A stretch of 63,209 nt of DNA, counting the filler, from Ministeria vibrans ATCC 50519 (Eukaryota; Protista; Filasterea): NCBI GenBank assembly GCA_943704425.1. It is 4 parts of 4 records of this genome, joined end to end, with 100 filler letters (N's around TTAATTAATTAA, not from the genome) between each part and the next. Parts side by side here need not be neighbours in the genome. Positions count along the whole stretch, not along the records: positions 1 to 27,811 come from CALSCP010000209.1; 3 more parts are not named here. One strand, 5' to 3'. Made by a program: the position numbers and the translations under genes. The notes under the pieces are model-generated. The model was not told the origin of the DNA. It made no database searches and saw only the letters and a list, made by a program, of their open reading frames with translations. Positions 1 to 13,649 of this stretch are shown here, piece by piece; within the stretch, counting starts at the first letter, position 1, and every line of letters begins with the position of its first letter.

Positions 1-299
1 ACACTGCCTGGCCCGTGCGCTGCCCCCGCGCCCCTGTGCCGCCGTACACCCTCCGCCCAGTGCAAGTGCGAAAAAAGGTCATTCTCGCTGATGATCCCAC
101 CGCGCGCACAGTTGACAATACGCACGCCCTTCTTGCACTTGGCGAAGACGGCCGCGTTGAGCAGATTGCGCGTGCCCGTCGTCAGAGGCGTGTGGACTGT
201 GATAAAGTCGCACTGCGGCCAAATGTCGTCCAGAGGAAGCGACTCAATGTTGAACGCTATTGGTACGTGAATTTTTTTTTTTAGAAATTAACACAGGAG

Positions 300-343
<44 letters not shown>

Positions 344-1110
344 ATATGTGAGTGTGCGTTCGTGTGGATCGTACTCTTGGCAACCTCGGTAGGAAGGATG
401 GGGTCGTAGCCAATGACACGCATGCCAAACGCCTGCATGCGCGTCGACACCTCGCGTCCAATGCGTCCCAGACTACGAATGATTAAGTATGAGAAACATA
501 TTATTATTATTACGACGATTGAATCGTTTAACTTACCCAATGACAGCGAGTGTCTTGCCCATCAGTTCAACGCCCATAAACTTGGAGCGGTCCCACTTGC
601 CAGCGCGCATCGACTCGTGCGCCTACGCATCACACTCAACATTGAGAGCGCTGTGTCTTTCTTTGCGTTTTTCGTATTTACCTGGGGAGTGTAGCGGCAC
701 ATGGCCATGAGCAGAGCACAGGTGTGCTCAGCGGCGGAGACGGTGTTGCCACCGGGAGTGCTACACACACACACACACACACACACAAATTGGTTAGTCA
801 CGATCACAATCATAATGAAGATCCCTTACTTCATGACAATCACACCGCTGCTGGTCGCAACCTCTGTGTCAATGTTGTCGTATCCCGTACCGGCACGGCC
901 AATGATCTTCAGGCTGCTTCCGGCTGTGCAACGCGAAGACACAATTATTATTACTCGAATGAATCAGTCCAACGTGACCTAAGTCGCTTCTAACCTTCCA
1001 CAATCTTCTTGGTCACCGTTGTGGCACTACGCACCACCATGGCATCGTAATTGCCGATAATGGCAATGATTCTGAGAAGGCAGGCGCAAGAGAGAGAGAA
1101 GAGCAGTATG

Positions 1111-1148
<38 letters not shown>

Positions 1149-1591
1149 GGGGTCAATCACGCAAACTCTCGATTTGCACTGTTCCTCGACTTACTCGTCC
1201 TCCTTCAGCTTCATCTTGGTGTCCACAGCAATTCCAGCGGCTTCCATGATCTCAGCGCATCTACAGGGCGCAAAACAAGATCAGTTTCCACCAAGTCAAA
1301 AGAGACGCGGTTTCAGCCCACAGTGCAACTCGATGAGTCGCTCTACACGTGATCGTCGCTCTACAAGTTCGCCGCGTCGAAATAGATCCCCTTGGCGGGT
1401 CCACACACGGGAACACACCGAATAAGCACTACTGCACCCAAGCGGAGGCGCGCACAGTGCCTCAGGACGCCCACACCGCCAACAGTGTGTCAGAAAGCGT
1501 CGCATAAAAAAAAAAAAACGCCACCACGAAGGTGTTGCGCTCGTTACCGAGGGCTGACGTTGTCGCAGATGAGAACACGTTTAATATCCAT
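1..1591 (-). CDS. PHGDH: D-3-phosphoglycerate dehydrogenase (multi-exon, 3' end runs off window)
   Basis: Spliced translation [90 protein letters not shown], joined through GT-AG introns; hallmark SerA/PHGDH motifs. Confidence 0.95.
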
Positions 1592-1862
1592 CGTGATTTG
1601 AGGGGGTGGGTTGAGGAGTTGATATTTTGGTGATGACTGAATTCTGATGACTTTCAGACTTAATCTATCGAAGAATCGATCATCGATGAATGTCGAATGA
1701 TGCCATTTTTTTTCTCGAGTGCGAGTTGAAAGCTTCATTTATTAGCTGACGCGTATCTCGTCCTGAGGCATTGGTTTCCTTCTCATACCATCACTGGGTG
1801 CTCGCAATTGGACCAGAGAGGGAGGGGGCGCAGGAGAGGAGATAAAAAAAAAAAAGTCGAGG

Positions 1863-2495
1863 ATGAGCGAGGTGGCGAATGGACGACTCAGCGGCGCTCT
1901 GATGGCCGCTCCGTCGACGGGCCCGCGCGGCACGGAGTCTGGCACGTTTGACGACCCTATCCGAACCTTCCTGAAGCGCTCAGTGTCGTATCTGGCGAAC
2001 GTGTCGACGTTCACGACGGCAGGCGCGTTGGAGGACGACGACGACGCGCTGGGCGCTGCACCGCCCCCGGCCGTCGAGGTGGTCCAAGCCATGGGCGCAG
2101 GGGGGGCTCCGACGCCCCCTGGCGAGTGCTCCAGCGAGTGGAAGCAGCGGCCCGTCGACCCCGACCTGCCGAAAAACGCTCGTATTGCGTATGTGCGAGG
2201 TGTGCTCGCTGGACCGACGGGCGCGCGCGAATGGCCCGTCTTTACGGCAGACGACGTTGCAGCACACAACACACGGTCATCCTGCTGGGTGTCGGCGCAC
2301 GGCTGTGTCTATGACGCAACCCTGTTCCTCAACCGTCACCCCGGGTCGGCCAGGGCCATCCTGAAGAAGGCCGGTCAGGACTGCAGCGACGACTTCGACT
2401 TTCACGGCTCTTCGGGCCGTTCCGTCTGGCACAATTGGCAAATTGGGGTGCTCGACGTGGCCGTTGACGAACCCCACTCGTGCGCCATCATGTGA
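1863..2495 (+). CDS. Cytochrome b5-like heme-binding domain protein with C-terminal CaaX motif
   Basis: Single-exon ORF: FTADDVAAHNTRSSCWVSAHGCVYDATLFLNRHPGS..AGQDCSDDFDFHG..WQIGVL (both axial His present); ends -SCAIM*. Confidence 0.85.
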   Translation: MSEVANGRLSGALMAAPSTGPRGTESGTFDDPIRTFLKRSVSYLANVSTFTTAGALEDDDDALGAAPPPAVEVVQAMGAGGAPTPPGECSSEWKQRPVDPDLPKNARIAYVRGVLAGPTGAREWPVFTADDVAAHNTRSSCWVSAHGCVYDATLFLNRHPGSARAILKKAGQDCSDDFDFHGSSGRSVWHNWQIGVLDVAVDEPHSCAIM

Positions 2496-2779
2496 GTGAG
2501 CCAACCCATCAATTGTACGCAACTTTGTAAACCCTGTATTTTGTAAAACACACTGAAACATGAATACGAAGCGCAATTGGAGACGCAAGGGGTCAAGAAC
2601 ACGTTGCCTTGTAGCCATAAATTGCCGACACGTCCTGCCGTTGTTTGCTTTTGGCCGCAGAGATGCACAAAATCTCTCTCTTTTTACTCAAAAGTCCAAC
2701 TCGAAGACGTCGAGTCGTCGACCGAAAATAAAAATACAATAAAATTCAATTAATTAATTATTCATCCTACCCCCCCTTT

Positions 2780-4392
2780 ATGTTGGGTGCTTTTGCTCGA
2801 CGTCCACTTTTCGTGGCGTTCCACGGGCGCCATTTGGCGAAAACGGCGTTTTCAACAACGGTCGTTTCGCCCAACGCAGACGCAAGCACGAGCGCCGACG
2901 GCGACAAGACCGGCTCGAAAGGTGCCGAGTCGGCAAGTGACGCGGCTCCCGTGGCGACCTTCAACGGAAAGCCAGTGAGGGCATTGAGCGATTTTTTGCT
3001 CGACACTTTCGACAGACAACACGACTACCTGCGCATCTCCTTGACGGAGCGATGCAGTCTCCGATGCACCTACTGCATGCCTGAAGATGGTGTCGAGCTG
3101 ACGCCCGACGAGAAGCTTCTGAGCAGCGACGAAATCATACGTCTTGCGGCTCTGTTTGTGCAGGCGGGAGTGCGCAAAATACGCTTGACGGGAGGCGAGC
3201 CACTGGTGCGCCGCGACGTGGTCGACATTGTGGCGCGTCTGTCGGCACTGCCGGGTGTCGAGACGGTCGGCTTGACGACAAACGGTATCTCGTTGCGACG
3301 CAAAGTGGGTGCGCTGCGTGAAGCCGGACTGGGCGCCATCAACTTGAGTCTCGACACGCTTGTACCAGCCAAGTTTGCCATGATCACACGACGTCCAAGC
3401 AACGGCCTCAAGGGCGTCATGGCAAGCATTGACGAAGCACTTAAGGCAGGATTCAGTCCGCTCAAGATCAACTGTGTGCTTATGCGCGGTGTCAACGACG
3501 ACGAAATCAACGACTTTGTCGCATTGACGCGCGACCGACCCCTCGACGTGCGCTTTATGGAGTACATGCCCTTTGGCGGCAACAAGTGGGGCCACAGCCG
3601 ATTTGTCTCGTACGACGAGCAGCTTGATCTCATCCGAGCGCACTTTGGCGATCTAGAGAAGCTCACAGACGAGCATAGTTCCACAAGCAAAGTACGGCGT
3701 TTTCTTTTGTATTTTGTGTAATGTGACTCAAAGTGTCCGTCTCAATATGTCTCAATGGTGCAACAAATATGCAATGAATGTGTGTGTGTGTGTGTCTATG
3801 ACAGTTGTTGTTGTCGTTGTTGTCGTTGTTGTTGATGATGATGCTGTGTGTGTGTGTGTGTGTTGTGTGGGCGTGTGTGTGTGAGTTTGCCCCTCCTCAA
3901 TACCTACGCGTGCGCTCTTAGGGCTGGCGAGTGCCGTCTCACTTAGGCACCATTGGGTTTGTAACGTCCATGAGCGCGCACTTCTGCTCCGAATGTACTC
4001 GAGTGCGTCTCACCGCCGACGGAAACCTAAAAGTGTGTCTTTTTGGCAATGCTGAGGTCTCATTGCGCGACCATTTGCGTTCCGGGGCAACAGACGAACA
4101 GCTCTTCAACGTACGAAAAACTGCCACACGTTTTTATGAGAAGTATGCAAAAAACTGACACGTTCTTTACTTCCGTGTAGATTATTGGACGTGCAGTGAA
4201 AGCAAAGAAGAAACAACACGCAGGTAATTCGCATTCTATTCTTACAATGTGTTCCATTTCTGTGTAATTTTGTGTGTTTTAAGTGTGTAAATCATTTTGT
4301 GTGATTTTTGTTTTGTGTTTTTTTTTTGCCTTTTAGGAATGTTTAATTTGGCGGAAATGCCAAATCGTCCAATGATTCTTATTGGGGGTTGA
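2780..4392 (+). CDS. MOCS1: GTP 3',8-cyclase (MoaA/MOCS1A), radical SAM
   Basis: [19 protein letters not shown] (CX3CX2C), [30 protein letters not shown], terminal exon 4337-4392 [18 protein letters not shown] with the essential C-terminal GG; N-terminal mitochondrial-presequence-like leader. Confidence 0.95.
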
Positions 4393-4478
4393 AATAGTTT
4401 GTGTTTTTGTTGTATTATTTTATTGGGTCCTTTGTGTAGAAATAAAATCTCTTTTCTTTTTTTTCTTTTTCTTCTCAG

Positions 4479-5410
4479 TTGAAAATGAAGAGTGGACAGT
4501 GAAACTGAGCGAAGAGAACGAAAAGAGATATTACAGCGGAATGGAAAGAACAAGAAGAAGAAAAAGAAGAGTGGAAGGAAAGGGAGTGTGGGGTGGACGA
4601 CGAAAGGGAGTGAGGGAATATGGGACAGTGAGTGGAGGGAAGACGGGCGACGAGTTGACGCATGTGGATGGGCGGACGGGACACGCAAAGTAGGTTTTGA
4701 GTGGACGTGACGGTTTGTGAGTGGATGTGTCTGGTTGTGTCAATGTGAGTGGTGATGACTGGTTGTGGTTGGAGTGGTGTGTTGTGAGTGGTTTCGTGAG
4801 ATTGATTGGTGCGACTGATGAGTGGCTTTTTGATCTCTGTCTTTGTTGACATAGTATGGTTGATGTGAGTCAGAAGGGCGATGTGCAGCGGAGTGCGACC
4901 GCCGAGGGCTACATTACTTTGAGTGCGCGAGCGTTTGAACTTCTGCGCGACAACGCACACAAGAAAGGCGATGTGCTTGCAACAGCGCGCATTGCAGCCA
5001 CTATGGCAGCCAAACAGACGAGTGCACTCATTCCTCTGTGTCACCCTCTGCAACTCACACATGTCCATGTTGAGCTAACCCCCCTAAGTGACCCGCCTTC
5101 AAATGAGACCGAGAAAGACGCATTGGCAGTGACGAAAGGCGATGCGACAACGACGACAACCTCAACAACAACAACAACGGGATTGCCCTCAGTGCGCATT
5201 GAGGTGCGCGTCGCAACGCGCGGCCCCACCGGTGTTGAGATGGAGGCGCTTACGGCCGTCTCCGTCGCCGCGTTGACCATCTACGATATGTGCAAGGCTG
5301 TGCAGCCCTTTCAGTTTAGCATCCATGGCATTCGCTTGCTGGAGAAGCGCAAAGATGACCGTATCAAAACACTCGCCTGTCCAACCGAGCAGCCAATTTT
5401 GAAAAAATAA
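4479..5410 (+). CDS. MOCS1: Cyclic pyranopterin monophosphate synthase (MoaC/MOCS1B), downstream cistron; exons 4479-4689 and 4855-5410
   Basis: [12 protein letters not shown]|[61 protein letters not shown]; strong polypyrimidine/AG acceptor at 4478. Confidence 0.93.
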
Positions 5411-5436
5411 ACATTGTTTGTTTTTTTGTTCTTCAA

Positions 5437-5752
5437 TCAGAGCTTCGCCTTAAGCTCACCACTGGTGGGGTCTTCGTCGTAGAGCACATCGAGAATGGCT
5501 GTGAGAACTTCCTTCTGGCCCGGAATATCCAAGGCAGCAGGGATAGCATGGTAGATATCCTGTTGTGCAAGTGTGTGTATGTGAGTGAGGAACAGAGTGT
5601 GGCATTCATTTTCTCTGTTATTTTGCGACTTCTAACCTGTCGTCGCGGCGCTTGGTCAAACTTGGTGACAATGGATTCGACATCTTCAGGCGAAATCTTG
5701 CGACGATTTGCGGGAGGTGATTGCGGCGGAGGCAACACAAGTTCCTACCCGA

Positions 5753-5807
<55 letters not shown>

Positions 5808-7908
5808 GAGTGAGTGAAAGAAAAGACGAAGGAAAACAGAGAGGGAAGGAAGAGAAAGGAGGAGAAAGAGTGAAAGACGAGGAAGAGAAAGGAAAGGGAG
5901 AGAAAGGAGAGGGAGAGAAACAAAGTCATAAAGTGAGAGAAAAACAAGTGAGGGAGAAAGACAAAAAATGATAGAGAGAGAGAGGAGGGAGAAAGAAACA
6001 AAGTGAAAAGAGAGAGAGGAGGGAGAAAGAAACAAAGTGATAGAGAGAGAGAAGGGAGAAAGAAACAAAGTGATAGAGAGAGAAAGTGATAGAGAGAGAG
6101 TTACCTCCTCAATCGGCGCAAAGTACTTGCGGACCATGTCTTGCGTGACCTCGCCAAGGGATGCAGGGCGCCAGACAGGGGTGTTGTCCTTGCGCATGAG
6201 CAGCGCATCGACACCCTCGCTGAAGTTGTCTCCTTCCAGGAACCGCTGTACCATGCGCAGCTCCATCTCATAGCACTGCTGTAGACTCAGCTTGGCACCG
6301 CGTCGCATCTGCTCAAGGGTCACCTGAGGAGGAAATACATCACACAGCAATCACATTTAGAACACAGCATGTACACTCTTGTTCACACACGGTTGAGTTG
6401 TACTTTGAGACTGAGTGGACACATTCGTTGGAGTGCCTTTCGTGTTGAGATTGCAAATGGAGTCACGTCAGACTCGAGCGACGTCATAATCTCTTCCACA
6501 GTGTCAAACTTAAAATGTCTACAAACATATAACAAAAAACACGTCAAAACCCGATGAGAATCACTCCGACATACTTGTTGATGTCGGGGAGACTGGTGAA
6601 AAAGGTTGAGGCGGGCAGAGGGTCGACAAACTCCGACAGGGCCATCTCAACGTGGTCGTGACTCAACGGCAGCTCCCGCTCCAACTCGAGGTCTCGTGAG
6701 CTTTTGGTCACTCCCGGTTCATTGTGCCACACTCTGTGGTGTGCGAGCGAGTGAGTAAGAGTTCGTTGTGTCGCATTGGCATAAATTTTTCTTTTTTACC
6801 TCTTTTCCGAGCCGGCGTCTACGACGCGCTTCTTTAGGGCAAGCAGACGCGAACCAGAGCTAAGAGAGCCAATAAAGTGGGTAGCAATGCCGGCATAGAC
6901 AAGATCGGCGCCCTTAAGACGGTGGCCCGTCAGAGCAAGGAACGTCCCCAGTTCGCCCGTGAGACGCGGTAGGAAGTATGAGCCGCCCACATCCGGAAAC
7001 AGTCCAATTCCTATGGGTGCAAAACACACACATTGAAAGCCCAAAAAAAAAANNNNNNNNAACCCCCGCACACACAAAAGTCAAATGAAGTGTCAATAAT
7101 GAACAGGACAAAAAAAAAAAAAAGTCAATACCAGTTTCGGGCATGGCAAAGAGAGTCTTGTCTGTGGCAATGCGGAACGGGCAGTTGAGGCTGATGCCCG
7201 CTCCACCGCCCATCACAATCCCATCCAGTACGGCAATGACAGGCTTTCGGCATGTCGCAAGGGTCCAATCAAGCTACACGCACATGTATGAGAGAAACAT
7301 TTCGGATGTTGCGTCGGTCGTCATGTACGTGGTATTCCTCGCGAAAGAACTGCGCATTCACCGGCCTGTTTGCTTCCTTGTCCGCCTTGGCGTTCTTCAC
7401 TACAGTCACAACGTCTCCGCCGGCACAGAATGACTTTGCGCCCGCACCCTGCATACATTTTGACATGGTGACATGAGATGAATGCAGACAACAACAGACA
7501 CTATGCGCACCTCCAGGAAGATGGCGCGACACGCATTGAAGTCGGGATGCTCAAACAGATCCAGCTTGGCCTGCATCATGCGGACCATCTCAAGATTCAA
7601 TGCGTTCAATGCCTTTTGTCTGGACGAAGCGAGCGAGTGAGTGGGTGGAGGACAAGCAGGAGAGAGCGAGCATTAGCATTTTGTGTATCGCAACGAAAGA
7701 GAAGCGAAGAGAGAGGACACAGAGGAAGCGTCAGGCGGTACCGATTGAGAATGATGGATCGGGTCATGCCCACTTGCTGCGTGTACAGTGGCTCGGCGAC
7801 TGTGGGCGCTGGATCGGCCATTGCTGGCGTGAAGAAATTGGAGCCGATGGAACGAGCAAGTAATGGGACGCCAAGACTGCACGCACGAGAGGTTACAGTC
7901 GAGAGCAT
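5437..7908 (-). CDS. HIBCH: 3-hydroxyisobutyryl-CoA hydrolase
   Basis: [92 protein letters not shown]; predicted last exons 5637-5744 and 5437-5559 end ...ELKAKL*. Confidence 0.93.
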
Positions 7909-8064
7909 ATAGTATGTAATGGAAGACACAAGCAAACTGTTTACTGTTAGCGTGTTATTTGAAATTGAGTTGTGAATTGTGATTGGGTTAAACACCTCGA
8001 TTGATCGCAACTCAAGTCTCAACGACCATTTTTTTTTATTGTTTGACACGCGCAGCTGTGGTCG

Positions 8065-11044
8065 ATGGACGGCTTTAAAAAGAAAAAGTAGGTTGTTAGA
8101 GTGGACGAGGGTCACTGGTGCGTGTTTGTCTCATCAATTGTGTGTGTGTGTGTGTGTGTGGCAGGCGTCCTCAGGCGCGACGCACAGCGAACGTTGTCGA
8201 CGACGATCAAGCGAATGACGCGACGTCGTCCTCAGCCATGGACGCGACCCCGCCGTCCCACGACAACCCATCGGAGGCCGTCGACCGTGCCGACAAAGCG
8301 GGCGGGGTGCGTAAGGCGCGTCAGACGGGTCTTTTGAGCTTTGGCGACGAAGAGGATGCGGCCACGGTTGCGCACGACGCCGCAGAGGCATCGGCCGAGC
8401 GACTCGCGGCGGCGGCGGCCAAGAAGAAGCGAGGCAAGAAGAAGAGCTTCACCGTGCCAATGTTGCCTGCAGACGACGACGACGCTGGTGGTGGTGGTGG
8501 TGGCGGCGGCAACAGCAGCAACGCGAACCATCACAGCGACTCCATCCTCATGCAGCACGCGACACACTCAAGTGTCGGCGAATACTCGGCGGAGCGCATG
8601 GCCAAACTCCGACAAGAGACCCTGGGCATGCGCGCACTCCCTAGCCACACCGCTGGCACGGGCGAAAACGAAGAAATGGGAGGCGGAGGGACTGCTGTGC
8701 TTTCGACTACACTCATCCCCGATGCATCAGCCATCTTCCTGGCGAAAAAGAAACGAGAAATGGCCCGACAAGTCGGCGGCAGAACAGGCGAGCCGACATC
8801 GTCTATGAGTGTGGGTCAACTTGGCTCGAGTGCCGACTTTGTCACGATGGACACAAACGGCGCTGGGCACGGCAAGGGCAAGGCACATTCACGACTGGTG
8901 CGCGAAGATGACAATGATCACAGCGAGGAGGATGAAGAAGGCAATGCCGAGGGACGCATGACATTTGATAATGCTGTCACGAGCGAGAGCAAGAAGCAGC
9001 GGCGACGCGTGATACGGGCGGCTCTCGACAGCGACAGCGAAGCGAGCGACACCGCGCCACAACACCAGCAACAGCAACGACAACTGAAGAAGAAGAAGCA
9101 GCATCACAATGGCCATGGCGACGATGACAACGATGATGACGATGACGACGACGACGAGCGGGTGATGCGCCGATGGGAGACGGCGCAGATTCGCAAAGGG
9201 GGCAAGACGATTGTGGACGATGAGCTGCGCCGGCGCAATCGTGCCACTGCCGCTGCAGCCGCACAGCGTCCCGACGACAGCGAGGCACTCCTCTCCATTG
9301 CCCTTCTTAGTCTCAGCAAAACGCAAAACGTCAAAATTCCTTCCCGCATCCTCTCTACTCCCCTCTCGCTTCTCTCGGCGACCGTCGATGCGTCTCTGCC
9401 AGCTGTCCAGCGACACACAAGCGCACGCGTCGCTCTTGTCCGCGAAGAGGCTCAGCAGGCACACACTGAGCTTGAGCGTCTTCAGGCGTCTCTCGACTCT
9501 CTTGAACAACAGACGAGACGTATGCAGAACTACGAAAGCATCAATCACAATATCAATTGACTCTTTTTTTTTCTTCTTTTTTTTTGTCTGTTTGGATAGA
9601 AATGACGGAGGAGTTGAGTGACGTGACGGGCCCTCGTTTTGAGTTCCTTCAGGTATCATCATGTCAAAACACTAATATTAAATTATTCTCTTTTTCATAT
9701 CATATTTTCTTCTTCTTTTATTTTTAGAGGAAACGGGAGTACATTGATCGACTGATTCAACAGTTGGACGAGAAGAGTGGAAGGCTGACGGAGATTGAGG
9801 TGGATCAGCACAAAGCACTGCGCACGGTGGGACTGGCAAGTGTGGGACGACGACGGCGGAGGGTGGACGAGCAGATGCGCGCATGTGCGACTGGTACGAG
9901 CGCGGGCGAGGGGGCTGGTGGGGAGCGGGAAGAGCGGGCACGGCGCCATGGGGTGGGCGAGAATGCAATGGAGTTGGGTGCGTGGACGGATGGCGACGAT
10001 GACGGAGACGATGCTGATGCGGATGGGGACAGTGCAATGCGCAGTGGACTGGGTGGTATGTCTGAGGTGCAGAGTGCCCGACGAACGTTGATTGAGGCGC
10101 CTGACGAGGCACGCGAACTGTTTGCGACCATCCCTGACGAGTTCTCACCGCGTGCAATTCTCGAGCAGTTTCACGAGTGGCGCACGCGGTTTCCGCAGAG
10201 CTACACGGACGCGTATGTGTCATTGGCGCTACCGTACTTGTTTGCGCCATTCATGCGTGCACACATGGTCGGATGGAATCCGTTTGGGACGAGTGCCGGC
10301 GAGAGCGAGAGCGACTTTGAGAGTGCGTCATTTCTGGGCGATTTGGCGACGTTTAGCAGTGTGGTGGGTGGCGAGGGGGACGCCGAGCTGGTTCCGCAGT
10401 TGGTGGACCGGACAGTGATCGGGGCAAAGCTGACTGGTCTTGTGACACACGTATGGGATGCGTTTAGTCGGCAGCAGTGCTCACGTTTGGGTTCACTACT
10501 GACGCGCCTCGAGGAGTACTACCCGCTGAAGGAGAGCGGCTTGACGGGCGATGCACGCGAATATGTGTATCGGGCGGTGGCGGAGCGACTGCAGACACTT
10601 GCCCTGAGCGAGCTGCGAGTGCCACCCAAGGTGGTCGCGGCAGCGGACGAGCACCAGCGACAGGTACAACAGGAACGCATTGGGGCGGCGCTCAAAGGGC
10701 TCACGCTGGTGACGGAGTGGGCGGGAGTGATGCGAGAACGTGGGCGTTTGGGCGATTGGGAGCGATTGAGGGACGTCGCGGTGGAGACGCTCATTGGACA
10801 ACAGTTGGCGACGCTCGTTGGTTCGTCGTGGGAGAACAACACACTGTCGCTCGAGGCGCGAGTGTCTCTGGCCGAGCGCATTGTGTGCACAGTTGCAAAG
10901 GAGTTTGCGGGACAGTTGTTTACGTTAAGTGGCGCACTGGTGTGTCTGCAGGAGCACATTGAAAAGGAGTGCACTGCCGTCGATGAGCGTGTCCAACTGC
11001 TCGAGCGCTCTACCCATCTCCGACAGCAGATTGGAGAGAAATAA
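8065..11044 (+). CDS. GC-rich sequence DNA-binding factor family protein (PAXBP1/GCFC2, spliceosome-disassembly NTR2-like)
   Basis: LLSFGDEED, IPDASAIFLAKKKREMAR, RWETAQIRKG, ILEQFHEWRTRFPQSYTDAYVSLALPYLFAPFMR..WNP are typical of GCFC-domain proteins; first exon MDGFKKK| inferred. Confidence 0.85.
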
Positions 11045-11140
11045 TGCACAGAGTGCGAACAGAGGGGGAAGCGAGAGCGAGAGCGAGAAAGAGGAATATA
11101 TTTCTGTACAGAGTTACATTTACGAAAGAATGCGATAATT

Positions 11141-12576
<1,436 letters not shown>

Positions 12577-12755
12577 ACTAATAATTGTTATTAAAATAAT
12601 AAAATTTTGAGTTTCGACTCACATTCGAGTCAGTTTTCTGTTTTGATTGTAAAGGTAGATAGAGTGATAGTTTTAACAGAATAAAAGTCGTTTGACAGCC
12701 TTAGGAGACATTTTTTGCACAGAATAATTGAAAAGGTGTTCACTTAAGATGATGT

Positions 12756-13649
12756 TCACTCGCGGGGAGCGCCACGGCCGCGGCCACCACGGAACTCGGG
12801 CTTGAAGTCGGAGCCGGCGCCGACCTTCTTCTCGCCACCGAAACCACCGGGGCCACCCTCGCGACGGTAGGAGTCACGGCCTTCACCACCCTCGAAGCGG
12901 CGGGGTCCGTCGAAGCGACGCTCGCCACCCTCACGCATGGGGGGTCGGGTGCCGGGGGCACGCGCCTTCTGCTTGTGCGTGGTGGGGACAACATCCTCGG
13001 GGATGTGCAGGAAGGTGCGCAGGTACTCGAGGCCAGATTCGGTCAGGTACCAGTAGAAGTGGCGCCATGCAAACTGCTCTGTAACGTGGCCCTTGGACTT
13101 GAGCGACTGCATTGCCTTGATCACCTGGAGGTTGGGCACGTCAAGCTGAACAAAAAAAGAAGAACAAAGAGTGTGAGTCGCTTTGAGACGCAGAAAAGAA
13201 AGCAAGGGAGGGGCGGGGGAAGTGTGTGCAGGTGCTAGTGGCATGAGTTGCAGCACCGTTGCAGCAGGAGGAGTGTGCGTGGTGTGTCAGTGCGTGGAAT
13301 CACAGTCAAATGTGTCCACTCGACACAAGAGCACCGCAGAGACCAACGTAAGGAACATAGAGTAGTAGGAGGGGGTGTACAAGAAGAAGGAGAGTTGGAC
13401 GAGTGCTGTCGTCAAGGGAGATGCGACACAGGAATCGGCCAAAGATTCACAGAGAAGGGTGGTCCGTCGTCACCTGCGCCCGGTCCCTCTCATGCAGCTC
13501 CGGCTGCCGCNNNNNNNNNNTTTTTTTTTTTTTTTTTTTTTTTTTACCTCTGAGTGTTTGGGCAGGAAGAAGTCCTTCTTGGCGACCATGACGCCGTCGT
13601 TGAAGAGCTTCTCGTGGATGAGCTTGCGGTTCTCCTTAGGAATGAGCAT
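12756..13649 (-). CDS. RPS10: 40S ribosomal protein S10 (eS10)
   Basis: [62 protein letters not shown]-rich tail; splice acceptor immediately upstream of ATG implies a non-coding first exon (donor at about 14247). Confidence 0.97.

Noticed and set aside
1263-1545. Riboswitch or snoRNA in the long first PHGDH intron
   Set aside because: No TPP aptamer core or convincing C/D boxes seen by eye; only a short direct repeat (GTCGCTCTACA x2). An Infernal scan would be needed.
2852-3690. Long antisense or overlapping ORFs over MOCS1A, HTT, tubulin and others
   Set aside because: Expected shadows of GC-rich coding sequence with no family motifs. The XBP1 second frame was kept only because of the IRE1 structure.
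4390-4480. Stop-codon readthrough or selenocysteine at the MOCS1A TGA as the route to MoaC
   Set aside because: The MoaC-bearing exon is in a different frame from MoaA; splicing explains the fusion without recoding.
13146-13545. snoRNA in RPS10 intron 2
   Set aside because: No RUGAUGA/CUGA pair in the sense orientation, and an H/ACA RNA cannot be supported by eye.
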